Positions 14,545 to 25,855 of a stretch of 64,000 bases of DNA are shown here, one piece after another. The position numbers and the translations under genes are program-made. The notes under the pieces are model-generated. The model was not told the origin of the DNA, did no database searches, and worked only from the letters and a program-made list of their open reading frames with translations. The DNA is from Lingula anatina (taxonomy: Eukaryota > Animalia > Brachiopoda), in the NCBI GenBank assembly GCA_051362555.1, contig CM120641.1:48180401-48244400 (forward strand). Reading direction: 5' to 3'. How positions within the stretch are numbered: position 1 is the stretch's first letter; each line of letters begins with the position of its first letter.

Positions 14545-14752
14545 CACTCCCACAGATTTTAGATCGATCTTTCCCCTTGGGGAGTCTCACTAGATTACTG
14601 TCAGCTTAGCCAGCTTAAATGTCTGTCCCGCCTACTAAAAGCTGTAAGAGGGTAATTAACTTCCGTGCGCGCTCGGCTGACAGCAATTTAACATGAACCC
14701 CCAGGGAGATAGGTCAATTCAGATGGATCGATCTAAATCTGTGGGAATGTAG
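14545..14752 (+). mobile_element. MITE family A, copy 1 (PIF/Harbinger-Tourist-like)
   Basis: TIRs tcccacagat(t)ttagatcgatc..gatcgatctaaatctgtggga. Internal gggagtctcactagattactgtcag..gtcccgcctac is shared with copies at 18954 and 36014. Confidence 0.8.
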
Positions 14753-15468
14753 TCTTACTGAAAGACACAGCACCTCAAAAACGGATGAAGATTTTCATAG
14801 AATACAAAGCACCTAGTAACATACAAATTTTATACTGTCTAGGTATTTTTATACATATGAATAGTTTTATATATATTGAACACTCAATAGAGTAACGTTA
14901 AGTCTGTGTAATATCCAATTTTGTAGGAAATGTATATATAACCCCCCTTTTTTGTAAAAGAAAATACAAGTATGTCCTTTATATGATAACAAACATTAAT
15001 AGAAAAAGGGCTTTTGGTCTCCCTCTTTAATTACTATAATTATACTGCACCCTTTATACAATTTTGTATGCATAAAAGGGCAAAACTATTAAGACATTAA
15101 ATCATAATTCAGATTCTTAAATCTCCAGGGATATTTTCATGTCCATAAGTAGTAAATATATCAAAAACTTCTTTTCATTCACATATTTCACATCACAAAA
15201 ATGTATTACTCATATAAATAAAACTGTAACATTAAAATATTTGTGCCATTTTTTTTTCTATTCTATTTCTGTGTAAACCATGATATGCCTTCAGAAAGAA
15301 TTACAATTCTTCTATCACTAACCTCTACACATTCAACTTCTAAAATTAATTAATTCAGTTTGATTAATCATTGCCTCTCATACAATAATTTCAATAAGCA
15401 CTGAATATATTACCACTATTTCTAATTTCAAACATGGACATAATGTCCATGTTTCAAAAAAGAAAACT

Positions 15469-17016
15469 CTAATCCTGGTTGTATCTATTTTGTAGTTTTC
15501 TATATGGATTTTTTAATAGGTATTTGAATTTGTCAGGATTCTTAAGCAAATAAGATGGAGCAAAGAATGGATCCGTTTTAGGTGTTTCATAAACAACACC
15601 TCCCTCTCCTAAAGTATTGCCGTCAAACCAGGTACCCGTCTTAATCAGGTTTGCAATATAGGTAAGGTTCTGCTTCTCTGGGAAGTCACCCCAGCGCGGG
15701 TAATCTCCATTTTGAGCTGAGGTCAGTTTTGTCGCAATTCCTTTTGGTTTGAAACACCAAGAGCAATGCCAGCCCCCCAGGTGGTTGTGGGAACCAAAAA
15801 ACCAAGGCTCTGTAGTCACGTTATCAGCTAACCAGCGCAAAGAGGGTTTATCAAGTAAGTATGTGCCTTCCACTGCTTTACGTAGAGCACTTGTGTCATA
15901 TTGAAAGACGTATTTGAAAATAAACATTGAGCAGCCAACCATTATCCTTGAAATTTCTGGCATTTTCCAATAGTACCCATACACCGACCAGCGGAATTTT
16001 ATTCCAAAAGGCTCTGGGAAGCCATTGTGCCATTTTAGAAAGAGCATAAGGTCTCGTGATGGTAGTTCATCAGCATCCGTTATAATCATAATGTCGTCTG
16101 GTCTTAAATCCCCAATGTGTTTTAATCCTTTCTTTCCACAGTAAGCTCGAATGTAAGCATCAGCAATCCAACCATCTTTACGTCCTCCTTCTGGAAAATG
16201 GTCTAAAAATGTGTATAAAATTTTGGAATGATACTCTGCGCCAAATCCAGAGTTTAATGCTTTCAGCAGTCGTAACTGTTTCTTGTCTCCATATGCACTG
16301 TAGTTTGATTCCACGATGATGAATTGATCTACAACATCTCCGACTTCATGAAGAAGAGTCGTTAATGCTTCAAACTCATGATTAAAAGGGAAAGCATGAA
16401 TGATACGTCTTGGATTTTTTCTGACATGAAGTGTTCGGGGTGGATAATCAGCGAAGTGTACACAGGCGGGAATGCTGCATTGTGGGCCATACCAGTTAGG
16501 TAAACAAGTACATAATCCTTGGTTAGTAAAACTTTTTGTCCCTTCCTTAAAACAACGTTTTGTACCAACTATGTGGAAATATGATTTTTTATCTTCACCA
16601 AGAATCACTTTTTGTGATATATATTTGTTGAATTTTTTAAAACTCTTTTGTTTTTGCAGTGTTTCTGAGAATTTCACTCTCTGTGACTGTGTTGTATATA
16701 CTGAATTGTTACTTTTGATTTTTGGAAAAAAATCTTGCTGTATTTTACTTGGATTTCCTATAACTTTAGCTACCTTCTTTCCTTCAGTTTTTAAATTAGA
16801 ATCCCCGCCTGAACGCAAAGCTTCCTTAAGGACCTTGACATTATACACGTGTGGATCACCATTAGAATCTTGTACATGTGATGCATTCTTTTGTCTCTGT
16901 TTTCCCAGTGTGAAGACAAGATAATAGCTCATCCCACATAACTGCATCAGCACCACTGCTATGATAACACCCTTGATGCATTGTTTACTGTTGAAAATCT
17001 TGGAGGGGTGGCTCAT
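15469..17016 (-). CDS. MGAT3: Beta-1,4-mannosyl-glycoprotein 4-beta-N-acetylglucosaminyltransferase (GnT-III, GT17) like
   Basis: 515-aa uninterrupted ORF with type II TM segment, C-x-C-LPNWYGPQC, PRRIIHAFPFNHEFE, FIIVESNYS, DGWIADAYIR, DADE motif, GWHCSWCF, KLTSAQNGDYPRWGD. Splice acceptor ttttcag 9 nt upstream of the ATG (exon starts 17025). Confidence 0.92.
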   Translation of the reverse strand: MSHPSKIFNSKQCIKGVIIAVVLMQLCGMSYYLVFTLGKQRQKNASHVQDSNGDPHVYNVKVLKEALRSGGDSNLKTEGKKVAKVIGNPSKIQQDFFPKIKSNNSVYTTQSQRVKFSETLQKQKSFKKFNKYISQKVILGEDKKSYFHIVGTKRCFKEGTKSFTNQGLCTCLPNWYGPQCSIPACVHFADYPPRTLHVRKNPRRIIHAFPFNHEFEALTTLLHEVGDVVDQFIIVESNYSAYGDKKQLRLLKALNSGFGAEYHSKILYTFLDHFPEGGRKDGWIADAYIRAYCGKKGLKHIGDLRPDDIMIITDADELPSRDLMLFLKWHNGFPEPFGIKFRWSVYGYYWKMPEISRIMVGCSMFIFKYVFQYDTSALRKAVEGTYLLDKPSLRWLADNVTTEPWFFGSHNHLGGWHCSWCFKPKGIATKLTSAQNGDYPRWGDFPEKQNLTYIANLIKTGTWFDGNTLGEGGVVYETPKTDPFFAPSYLLKNPDKFKYLLKNPYRKLQNRYNQD

Positions 17017-17484
17017 GGCTTCAGCCTGAAAAATACATAGAAAGAAATATTACTCCATAATATCAAAATGAAAGGTTTGATCCTTCCAGGTGTTCTTCAT
17101 GAGCTTGTTAAGACAGAATTGTAGGCCTTTAATTGTTAACCCCCCCCCCACCTGATGACCACCATGTCATAACTTCACTCCTGTGTGAGATTTATTATTA
17201 ATTGCATCTTCATCTTACTTCACTTCATATATTCAGTGCCATCTGTCATATAATTCACTAAATAACAGGACTGCACTTTTTCCAAGGAAGAAGTGATATT
17301 TTCTCCAGGGAAAAGTGGACTTATCACCTCTTGGTTGTGATGTCGAAGGGCAGCTCATGTGCTGCATTAAAGAGCAAAGGGTTAAAATCATAATCAGCCG
17401 ACACTTTTGCCACAAGGACAGTGGGACAGGGACTTAGATCCCATTCAGATAGACACATTGTACTAGTTGGGTCGGTACAAACTC

Positions 17485-17650
17485 CAGCGGCAGATTGAGG
17501 CCATCTTCTGGAAGACCCAGACTGGTCAGATTTTCAAGTTTACACTGACGGGTATCTTATTTTTTCTGTCAGAAAACAGTAAAAAATAGAGGATGGATCA
17601 ACAAAGATAATTTAGAAGACTATCAGAAAATATCTCTGGATCGGCCCCTG
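17485..17650 (-). mobile_element. MITE family B copy (CAGGGGCGGA-type TIR, hAT-like)
   Basis: Reverse-complement homologue of 57321-57474. Confidence 0.7.
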
Positions 17651-18953
17651 AACTTTGTGGGTAATGTAACATGGAAATTATCTTACTGATCCATACTGTC
17701 AACATTAGTCTAGAAGAGTCTTACCATTAGAAAATCCCAGATTTTCCACCTCACTATCTCCTGCTGGACTAAATCTTATATTTACTCTCTGACTGGTGAG
17801 CTAACATGCCATTCAGTAATAGGAGGGACAAGGAGTGCTGTAAGTAATGACCCCTCTGTGTGGACAGGTGAATCCTGGTTAGGAGGAAAAAATAACTGCA
17901 TATGTCTGTGTATCTATGTAGGTGTAACATGCAAACATGGCAGACTAGTCCCACAGTATTGATTGCATGATTTACAACAATTTGGTTTCCAGAACATCAG
18001 ACTTTCTTGAAGATGCTTACCACAGACTCTGCTCTCATCTGGTCATGTGTCTTAGAGCGCATTCAGATTCTCACATGGCTGGATCAGTCTAGCTTTGCAG
18101 GGGATTCTTGCTAAAGTATAATCATTTTAATCAGCATACAAGACTATGTGGTTGGGAGGGGGGGGGAGAGAGAAAGAGTGCCTGACAATTAAGGTGACTA
18201 CAATGACTGCACTTCAGTGTGAATCCCTGCAGAGATAGATTGATCCTGTTGGTACTGTAAGTTCATTCTGTATCAGGGTTTCAAAACATTTTACATTGAC
18301 CCATCTTCCCCTCCCCAGTGCCTGTTTAACCCTTTCCTAGTCACAAAAGTTGGTCAAGTCATCACCTGGGGAATTCTATTAATTCTGCAGACTGACACAG
18401 AAAACTATGTGCTTTACTAAAAATTTCATAACATCTATATTTTTTTATCCTAATGGTGTGAAATATTCTGTTGAAAGAAAACGTGAATGCAAGTGTAGAA
18501 GAATACTTTAAATTAATAACTGGTGTAGCAAAAGCCAGTTTTAATCAGTAGCCTCAGATAGAGGTTTTATTTATCTATCTCTTCTTAACTGTGACAATGT
18601 AACCATATCATTCACCAGGCATTTTTTTAACAATAACATGCTTGATACTACTGTACCCAATTTCATTCTTTTACCAACCATTTCAGACATCCTCCGAATA
18701 TTGTACAACACCATGAATGTGCTCCATATCCCAACTCTATACTACATCTGTAATCTCAGCCATAAACCCTCATTGAGCCTGCATCAATAATGGTTGGTGC
18801 TCCTAATCCCATTATCAAAGGAAAATGTCTAGGGGCATGGTAACAATATATTGCTCAGCCAAGTGAGGCACAAAAGTCCCATTTCCAATTTTCCAAACCT
18901 GGAGCACATGGCTGTGAGAGGTGCTATCCTTGTACTTGGACAATGCATTCTTA

Positions 18954-19179
18954 CACCCCAATTCCATAGATTTTTAGATCGATCTATCCCTGTGGGGAGT
19001 CTCACTAGATTACTGTCAGCTTGGCCGGCTTAAGCGTCTGTCCCGCCTACTAAAAACTGTAAGGGGGTAATTAACTATGGTGCTCACTCGGCTGTCTGCA
19101 ATTTAGCGTCACCCCCAAGGGAGTTAGGTCGATCTAAATCTTAATCTTTAGATAGATCTAAATCTCTGGGAAAGCACCC
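18954..19179 (+). mobile_element. MITE family A, copy 2
   Basis: Same core as 14545; flanked by TTA at 18951-18953 and 19180-19182 (candidate TSD). Confidence 0.8.
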
Positions 19180-19197
19180 TTAGGGACCATTCAGAAT

Positions 19198-19469
19198 AGA
19201 AGATCCGAGTATCAATTGGTCCAAGGCTCAATATGGCGGACCCTACATGAAAGGAAGACCGCTTAATCCTGTAATGGTCTCTCCGCCTCTCACACGCCTA
19301 CCCACACATCTGGTCAAATTGAGACGAAATTTAATTACTGTGCCCCATCAGGGACGAAGCGTGGAGAGGCGTGTGAGAGGCGAGAAAGACCATTTCAAGA
19401 TTAAGGGGTCTTCCTTTCATGCAGGTCTGCCATATTTAAACCATGGACCAGTTAGCACTTGGATCTTCT
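19198..19469. mobile_element. Foldback/palindromic MITE with about 100-bp inverted arms
   Basis: Left arm agaagatcc..tggtcca..atatggc..catgaaaggaagacc..cttaatc..aatggtct..cgcctctcacacgcct pairs with right arm aggcgtgtgagaggcg..agaccatt..gattaag..ggtcttcctttcatg..gccatat..tggacca..ggatcttct. Confidence 0.8.
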
Positions 19470-19997
19470 CTTTAAGTAACACGAAAGCAAGTAATGACAG
19501 CCTCAATGAAGACCTAAGCCATTATTCAATATCAAAACAGCTTGTTGCCATAAGCACTAGTGTATTAGCAAGGTATATCTTACAGCATGTAACCAAGTGA
19601 TGAGAAAAAACAACAGCAATCTTTACGTGCCTTTAATTCATTATCATGTACCTGTATCTTGGTAAATCTGGGCATGTCCATATTGTCAAAACTGATGAGT
19701 GAATTTATAACATGTTTATGTCCATTAGATTATTTTATTTGGATGTTATTCACTAGTGTCACACAATATACAGTGAACACATGAGTAAGCAAGGACACCA
19801 CAGTTGTCAATAAAACATATCATCCTCATTAGCAGCAGTGTTATTGTCAATATATTTAACATCATTGTAGCAATCAGGACATAGTCTGCTGCTAAGTGAA
19901 AAAGTCTGAAAATATGGTGGGGTCCAGAAGGGCCTTTCCATTATCTCAAAAATGATACTTTTGGCTCCAAAAGTTGGGAATCCGCTGATAGGCAGAA

Positions 19998-20462
19998 AAA
20001 TCTCATTACTGAGTAATTATTGGGAAGCTACCAGCAGCTGCAATGGAAGGGACACTTTAATTGGTTCTAATAGTGAAACCATATCATAGTGTCTCAACAT
20101 CTACTATTTGAAGAGTGAACTACATCCAGGCCTCAGAAACTATTATTGTCCTTTATGATTGTGATCACTGAATTAAAAATTTAATTCACAATTTCATGGT
20201 CAAATTGTAAACACAATGGCTGTGATAATCATTTCACAAATCTCATTACTGAGTAACTACTGGCAAGCTACCAGTAGCTGTAATGGCAAGGTAACTTTAA
20301 TTGGTTCTAATGGTGAAACCATATCATAGTGTCTCAACATCTATTTCAAGAATAAACTACATCCAGGCCCATAAACAATGATTTTATGTTTGACATCACT
20401 GAATTAAAGATTTAATTCACAATCTCATGGTCCAATTGTTAAAATACTGGCTGCGATAATCA
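19998..20462. repeat. Two-copy tandem duplication, 240-bp unit
   Basis: aaatctcattactgagtaa..gtgaaaccatatcatagtgtctcaacatcta..aactacatccaggcc at 19998 and 20238. Confidence 0.9.
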
Positions 20463-21185
20463 ATTTTTTACTGCACACAATTTTTGAGATTATGTTAGGC
20501 TTTCATCCATGTCTCTCACTGTTTGCATAAAAGTTCTTGTTCTCAACCATTGGGTATGATCAATATGGCAGAAGAGTTTGAAAAACTTGCAGAGTAAACA
20601 GCACTTGCATCCGCCATTGCAGTCCCTGTAACCTTCTCATGAAATGGCAATTATTATCAGCAAGTTGGTCAACTCCACAATATTTATACATATTCCATGT
20701 ATCATTTGCTATCCACTTCCATTGTCTTCAGGTGTATCATTAACAACAAGTCAAACAATAGATTGGAACATCTTGAGCATTGTGATTTTGACAATGTTGA
20801 CATGAATTATTCACGCCTATAAATATTGCTGCTTACCAAGTCTCGAATAGGAAACAAGTACAAATTTGGCTTACAAATGTCTCCATAATCAAACTTATGT
20901 GTTTATATAATTCACTCTTCCTACTGTGTGGTTTTTTTAAATAAATGTGATTATCATTATGGTAATAAAATACCAGAGTAATGAGTCTATGATAATCTCA
21001 TATGGAATGTGCTGAATGGGACAGGTAAGGGGGCTTACAGTTCACAGTTAATAATTTGATGCTGGCAGTCAGTTTTTTTTTTTTTCTTTTTACCATTAAA
21101 TCAAATTTCAAGCCATTAATACGATGACTGCAATCACTGATGTGCCACTATATAACATAAACGGTAATTTCATTTCTAAGGCCTG

Positions 21186-21250
<65 letters not shown>

Positions 21251-21251
21251 G
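21186..21251. repeat. Compound (TA)n(GA)n microsatellite
   Basis: Read directly from the sequence. Confidence 0.95.
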
Positions 21252-21425
21252 TGTGTATTGGTCTGAGTCAAACTGAGCTGGTGCAGTCTTTTCAATGGGG
21301 TTTATGATGCCTGACAAAGGCTACAATACAGTGTGTCCACACCACTCCTTCCTCCACAGACGGTGAGACCATATCAGGCCCGACAACTACATATCTGGAG
21401 AAGACAAGATGTGGATAGAAACTAA

Positions 21426-21612
21426 GACCCCATTCCCATACCTAGATCGATCTAACAGGATCGATCCATCTCTGGGGGTTTCTCTTTAAATTGCTTTCAG
21501 CTTAAGTGGCTTAGATGGCTGGCACACCTACTGAAGCTGCTAAAAGATATTTACCTCCTAATACTTGAATACTACCCCACCAGGAATTTAATCAGTGTCT
21601 ACTAGCAGATTG
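21426..21612 (-). mobile_element. MITE family A, degenerate inverted copy
   Basis: Starts taagaccccattccc..tagatcgatcta, matching the reverse complement of the 36014-copy end (..tagattgatcta..ggaaatggggtctaa). Confidence 0.5.
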
Positions 21613-24600
21613 GACAACAAGCTTTGAAGTGGGTTGCCATATTTGACCCTCAGACTAGTTAGTCCACTATTCTGAATGTGGCCATAGAAAGCCTGTTTAA
21701 TCTCAATGGTTCAATTTAAGTGAATTTTAGTTTAGGACAGTAGATTCTGACTCTGGTGCACCAGATGACCTATAAGTTTAAAGTATTTGACATAGCCTCG
21801 AAACTGTGAATATTACTGAACAGGTACAGTGTATCTGCCTACCAGTTCTTTCACTCCCCTCTCATCTATAAAACAAGTTTTCAACAACCCACCCCCCACT
21901 GCCATGATAGTATTCACCCCTGAGACAATACGCCATTCAGGATAAAGGGGAGTTGGATCAGACAAGCTATGTTACGTAAACAATTATGTTCTATATATCT
22001 GACTCTTTGTCTGTAGACTCTATATATATAACTCCCCCTACTGAGCAGAGGACAACAGACTTCACCTGAACCTGAAGCCTGGGTGTAGTATCCCTCTACC
22101 AGGGCCACAGGTTGATTTTTTACTAAATATTCACGGTTATGTCTATGGCTAATTCATGGCACATTTCTTGGTCGTTGCATTGGAGAAAAGTGCACATGAT
22201 TAATATACAGCCCTGGAAGAGAGTGGGCTGCAGCTCACTTTTTATATCAGACTTTCTTATCTACTAGTAACTGGAGAGAAATGAAAGCAATACATGATAA
22301 CACCTTTGAAAGTCTTCTGGGCATTTTTAACCATGTAGTCTTAACTGGTCTTAAGTCCAAGCAACATCATTTATCACCAACTCAAGGTGCATTACCTCCA
22401 TTCATTTCTAGCCTCTTGTTACCTGTTCTGCTACCTGTAGTACCCAAGTCAAGCTCACCAGCACATCTGATCCCCTGTGTTTTGTTGTAAAAGGTCAAGT
22501 TACATATATATATATCTACAGGGGCCTTTGTGCTGGGTTGGTAAAAAGGCTGACATGGGAATGAACAGGACGTGAAAAGGAAAGACTGAAGCATCCATTG
22601 TTGAATGCAAAACTGGTTCAGTCAGTTATCAAATATCAAGGGTTACATCAAAGATAGTGGTTGTATATTGGAGGAAATGGTCAACACACTGTTAAAGTTT
22701 GTGCTGGTTCTCCAAAATTAATGTTTTACATAATACACAGCTACTAGTATATAAAGTGTACCAGTATACCACTGTGCAGAGAGCTATATGTGACTAATTG
22801 ACAATCTAAAATTCATTGAAAAATTGATCTTCATGCATCTACTTAAATAACAGACATATCACTACACAAAGAGAAGCTGAAATTAAGGATACAGTCTACA
22901 GAACGTGTGGTTCTAGTTTTGATACTGATAGGATATAAAATTTTGTCCTTTCTAATGTACATGTACAGTGTATATTTTTATAGATTTCTAAACATGCTAT
23001 GAATGCTGTAGACTTCGTGTCTAAAAACGTTAAAAATCGCGCAGAAGCCGATGATGTGGTCTTGTTGGTTATATTTACCGATATCAAATGCTCTAGAGCA
23101 TTTCTTGATAAAGTCACAGCGGAGCGTTGTTTTCTGACTTCAGCCGGGCTTGCTTCTGGACTCAGTCGTTGGCTTGGGCATTGCCGCTTCTCTTGCTGTC
23201 AAGGATGTTCACTCTGGATAGTTCTGTACTCCTTAAATTATATAATTCTTTTCCGTCAACTTATAAATAAATCTAGCGGTCGTAGCATCGTATGTTACGT
23301 AGGCTCATGAGAAGAATGCGCGGCATGTTACGCTACACTACTAACAGTGCTGTCAAAGTGCAGGGGGCGGAAAGACATTTTGCCTTATCAAGTTGAACTT
23401 AGGGGATTAGATGTAGATCTAAACTACAAACAACCATCAAGACTTGTGTCTATATACTTCACCGTGACTACACAGAAACAAGCCCAGTTAACTCTAAGAA
23501 GTCTTACCTCCATACCATGCGAGTCTCACCAGTTTGACAATAACTCGGCTTTTTCCGTAAAATCACGACAATAGCCGATCGCTATTCGATATTAGAGGCG
23601 CCTGCGAGGATGTAAACAAGCAGCCAAAGTGAAACTCTGCGCCTGTATTTTGTACACTAAAGGCCCTGGATATCATTGAGCGTTTTAATCAAATAAAAGT
23701 TGGTATAAAGGGATTAAAAAAAATCAAATATTTGTTTTACAATCACAAGACGGACAAGTATTCGCGCAGTCAGGGTCTTGGCATACACATGTATGATCAA
23801 GAATATTTCCAAGATGATTGATCATTGTCATCATTATTTCATCGTTTGTTTACATAAAAAGGCGATTAATGGTGACTTAACAAGACGGGTTTATGCCTCC
23901 GTCTCTCACAAATATAGTTAAATCATGGGCATTATATGCTGAACCTTATTATGCTACATTTTTAAGCCAAATAAATTAGCCGATATTTAGGTGGACACCG
24001 TTTTCTTCAATAACTCAGGCATACAAAAGATCTTGTAAATCGTAAATCTTGTAATATTAGTGTTTAAACTTTAAAGAACTTTTCTATTCATAGGGATAAT
24101 AGTTATACTTTGCAATAAGTTTTATTTGTCAAAGGTTCTCAACTATAGTTCTGTATATTTTTTTCACCAAATGATCATAACCAAGTTTTGCATGACAGGC
24201 CGTTTTATTTTTTATTTTTTTTCACGTGTAAAAATAGCTTTAAATAATAATTAATGACGTTAGTATCCATGTGACATAAATATACAAAATGCATTTAAAC
24301 TGAATTAAATGTGACTGACATAAACATGAGCATTATATGCTGAACCAATGACATTTTTTTCAAAAGTTAACTTATAAAATGTTTTCAAAGTTAATTTCAC
24401 CAAATGGCCAACAGTTTTTAGTACATAAAAGAGGTTTTTTTGTTACCCACGTTAAAACAGTTGTAAATATGTAACATGTATCAGCTTAGTACAATGTGGT
24501 TGATATTTCTGGAAATACACAAAACACTATTAAATTGAAAATTTCTCATAAATCTATGTTAAAAAATCCATTTACTTTACTTTAAAATTCTATTTCTGTG

Positions 24601-25360
24601 GGAGTGAACTTAATTTGACTCATTAAACTAATACAGATGACCTTAAAATAGAATTGCTTTTTTACATTAGCACAAATAGAAGTGTATGAATCACAAAGAA
24701 ATTGCCTACAGACTTCCAGCAACATACCATAGCTGTAAACCCTAGAACAAGTAGTCTGGTATATGACATGCCACACCCACTCCAGTCAATATTTAAGTAC
24801 TTTCCCTGCTTTTGTTCTGCATTATAAATCCTTGCCAAATTACTTCACCATTCTTCGAAACAAAATTTTTACAGAACCTGGTTTGAGATATTTTTATATG
24901 ATTTAGTCTTTCCTAAAATAATGCATATTTTACCCCAAACAGCATAAACGTCAAAACCGAATTGTGAATGGGAAAATTTTTTTATGTAATCAAATGCACA
25001 ATGGCACCTGTACTTTACCTATACTACACGTTTTCCTTTCAACACTTCTCATACTTTAAAAAATCCATATACATTATAGTTTTTAAATAAATATGGAAAA
25101 CACCTGAAAAGATTTCTTGCAAAATCACTAATTATAAACATATTTATATAATCATATATGCTGACTATAGCACTACTAAATGTACAGATTGCACTCCTGG
25201 CTCACTTTTACATACAGAACTGTATTCTTGATTAATTCAACAGCCCCTGATTACAATGAATACACCACTGATGGCAATATATAATTTTATAAACCATGCG
25301 TCATTGTACAGATTTATCATACAGTACACAGGCTTACAAATTCTGAAATAGTAAACAGGC

Positions 25361-25508
25361 CAGTAGCAAGCAATTTTAAATGTGGGGGTACTTTATCTGA
25401 AAAAGCAGACCTTTCAACATGTGTTCCTAGACCGAATTTAACACAGAGCGGACCTTTTTTCAGAATAAAGGAAGGTTCATTGGAGCCCCCCCCCCGGCCT
25501 GGCTACTG
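25361..25508. mobile_element. Small MITE-like element
   Basis: Imperfect termini cagtagcaag..ctggctactg with internal G/C runs. Confidence 0.4.
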
Positions 25509-25855
25509 ACTTAGTAAATTGAAACCTGTTACAGTAATGAAATCAGAAACCCCTCCCCCACCCTCACACCCCCTTGGGATGAACTTTGTTGAACTCCTTA
25601 CTCCTCTTTATTTCAAGTCTGTCAACTCCTTAATTAGTAGAACCATATTCATTGTCAGTAACATTTTAAATATATACAGTTTTCCATTGAATTTAATCAG
25701 ATTTCATCAGCTATTTTACACAATATTACACTTCATTTCAATAACTACTTTTGACTACATATGCCCAGAGTATACTCATTTCTTCTGTATAGTAAGTCTA
25801 TAATAGTAAATATGTGAACAAAGTAGTTTCTTGATGTTGTCATAACAAGCTATCA

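Noticed and set aside
16472-16924. 150-aa plus-strand ORF
   Set aside because: Antisense shadow of the MGAT3 CDS with no recognisable motif.
22999-23310. 103-aa ORF in a CpG-richer segment
   Set aside because: No recognisable domain or splice structure; more likely MGAT3 promoter or alternative 5'UTR sequence.
23920-24460. Degenerate repeat of cat(g)gcattatatgctgaacc at about 23924 and 24326
   Set aside because: Looks like an old local duplication in intergenic or UTR DNA with no functional signal.
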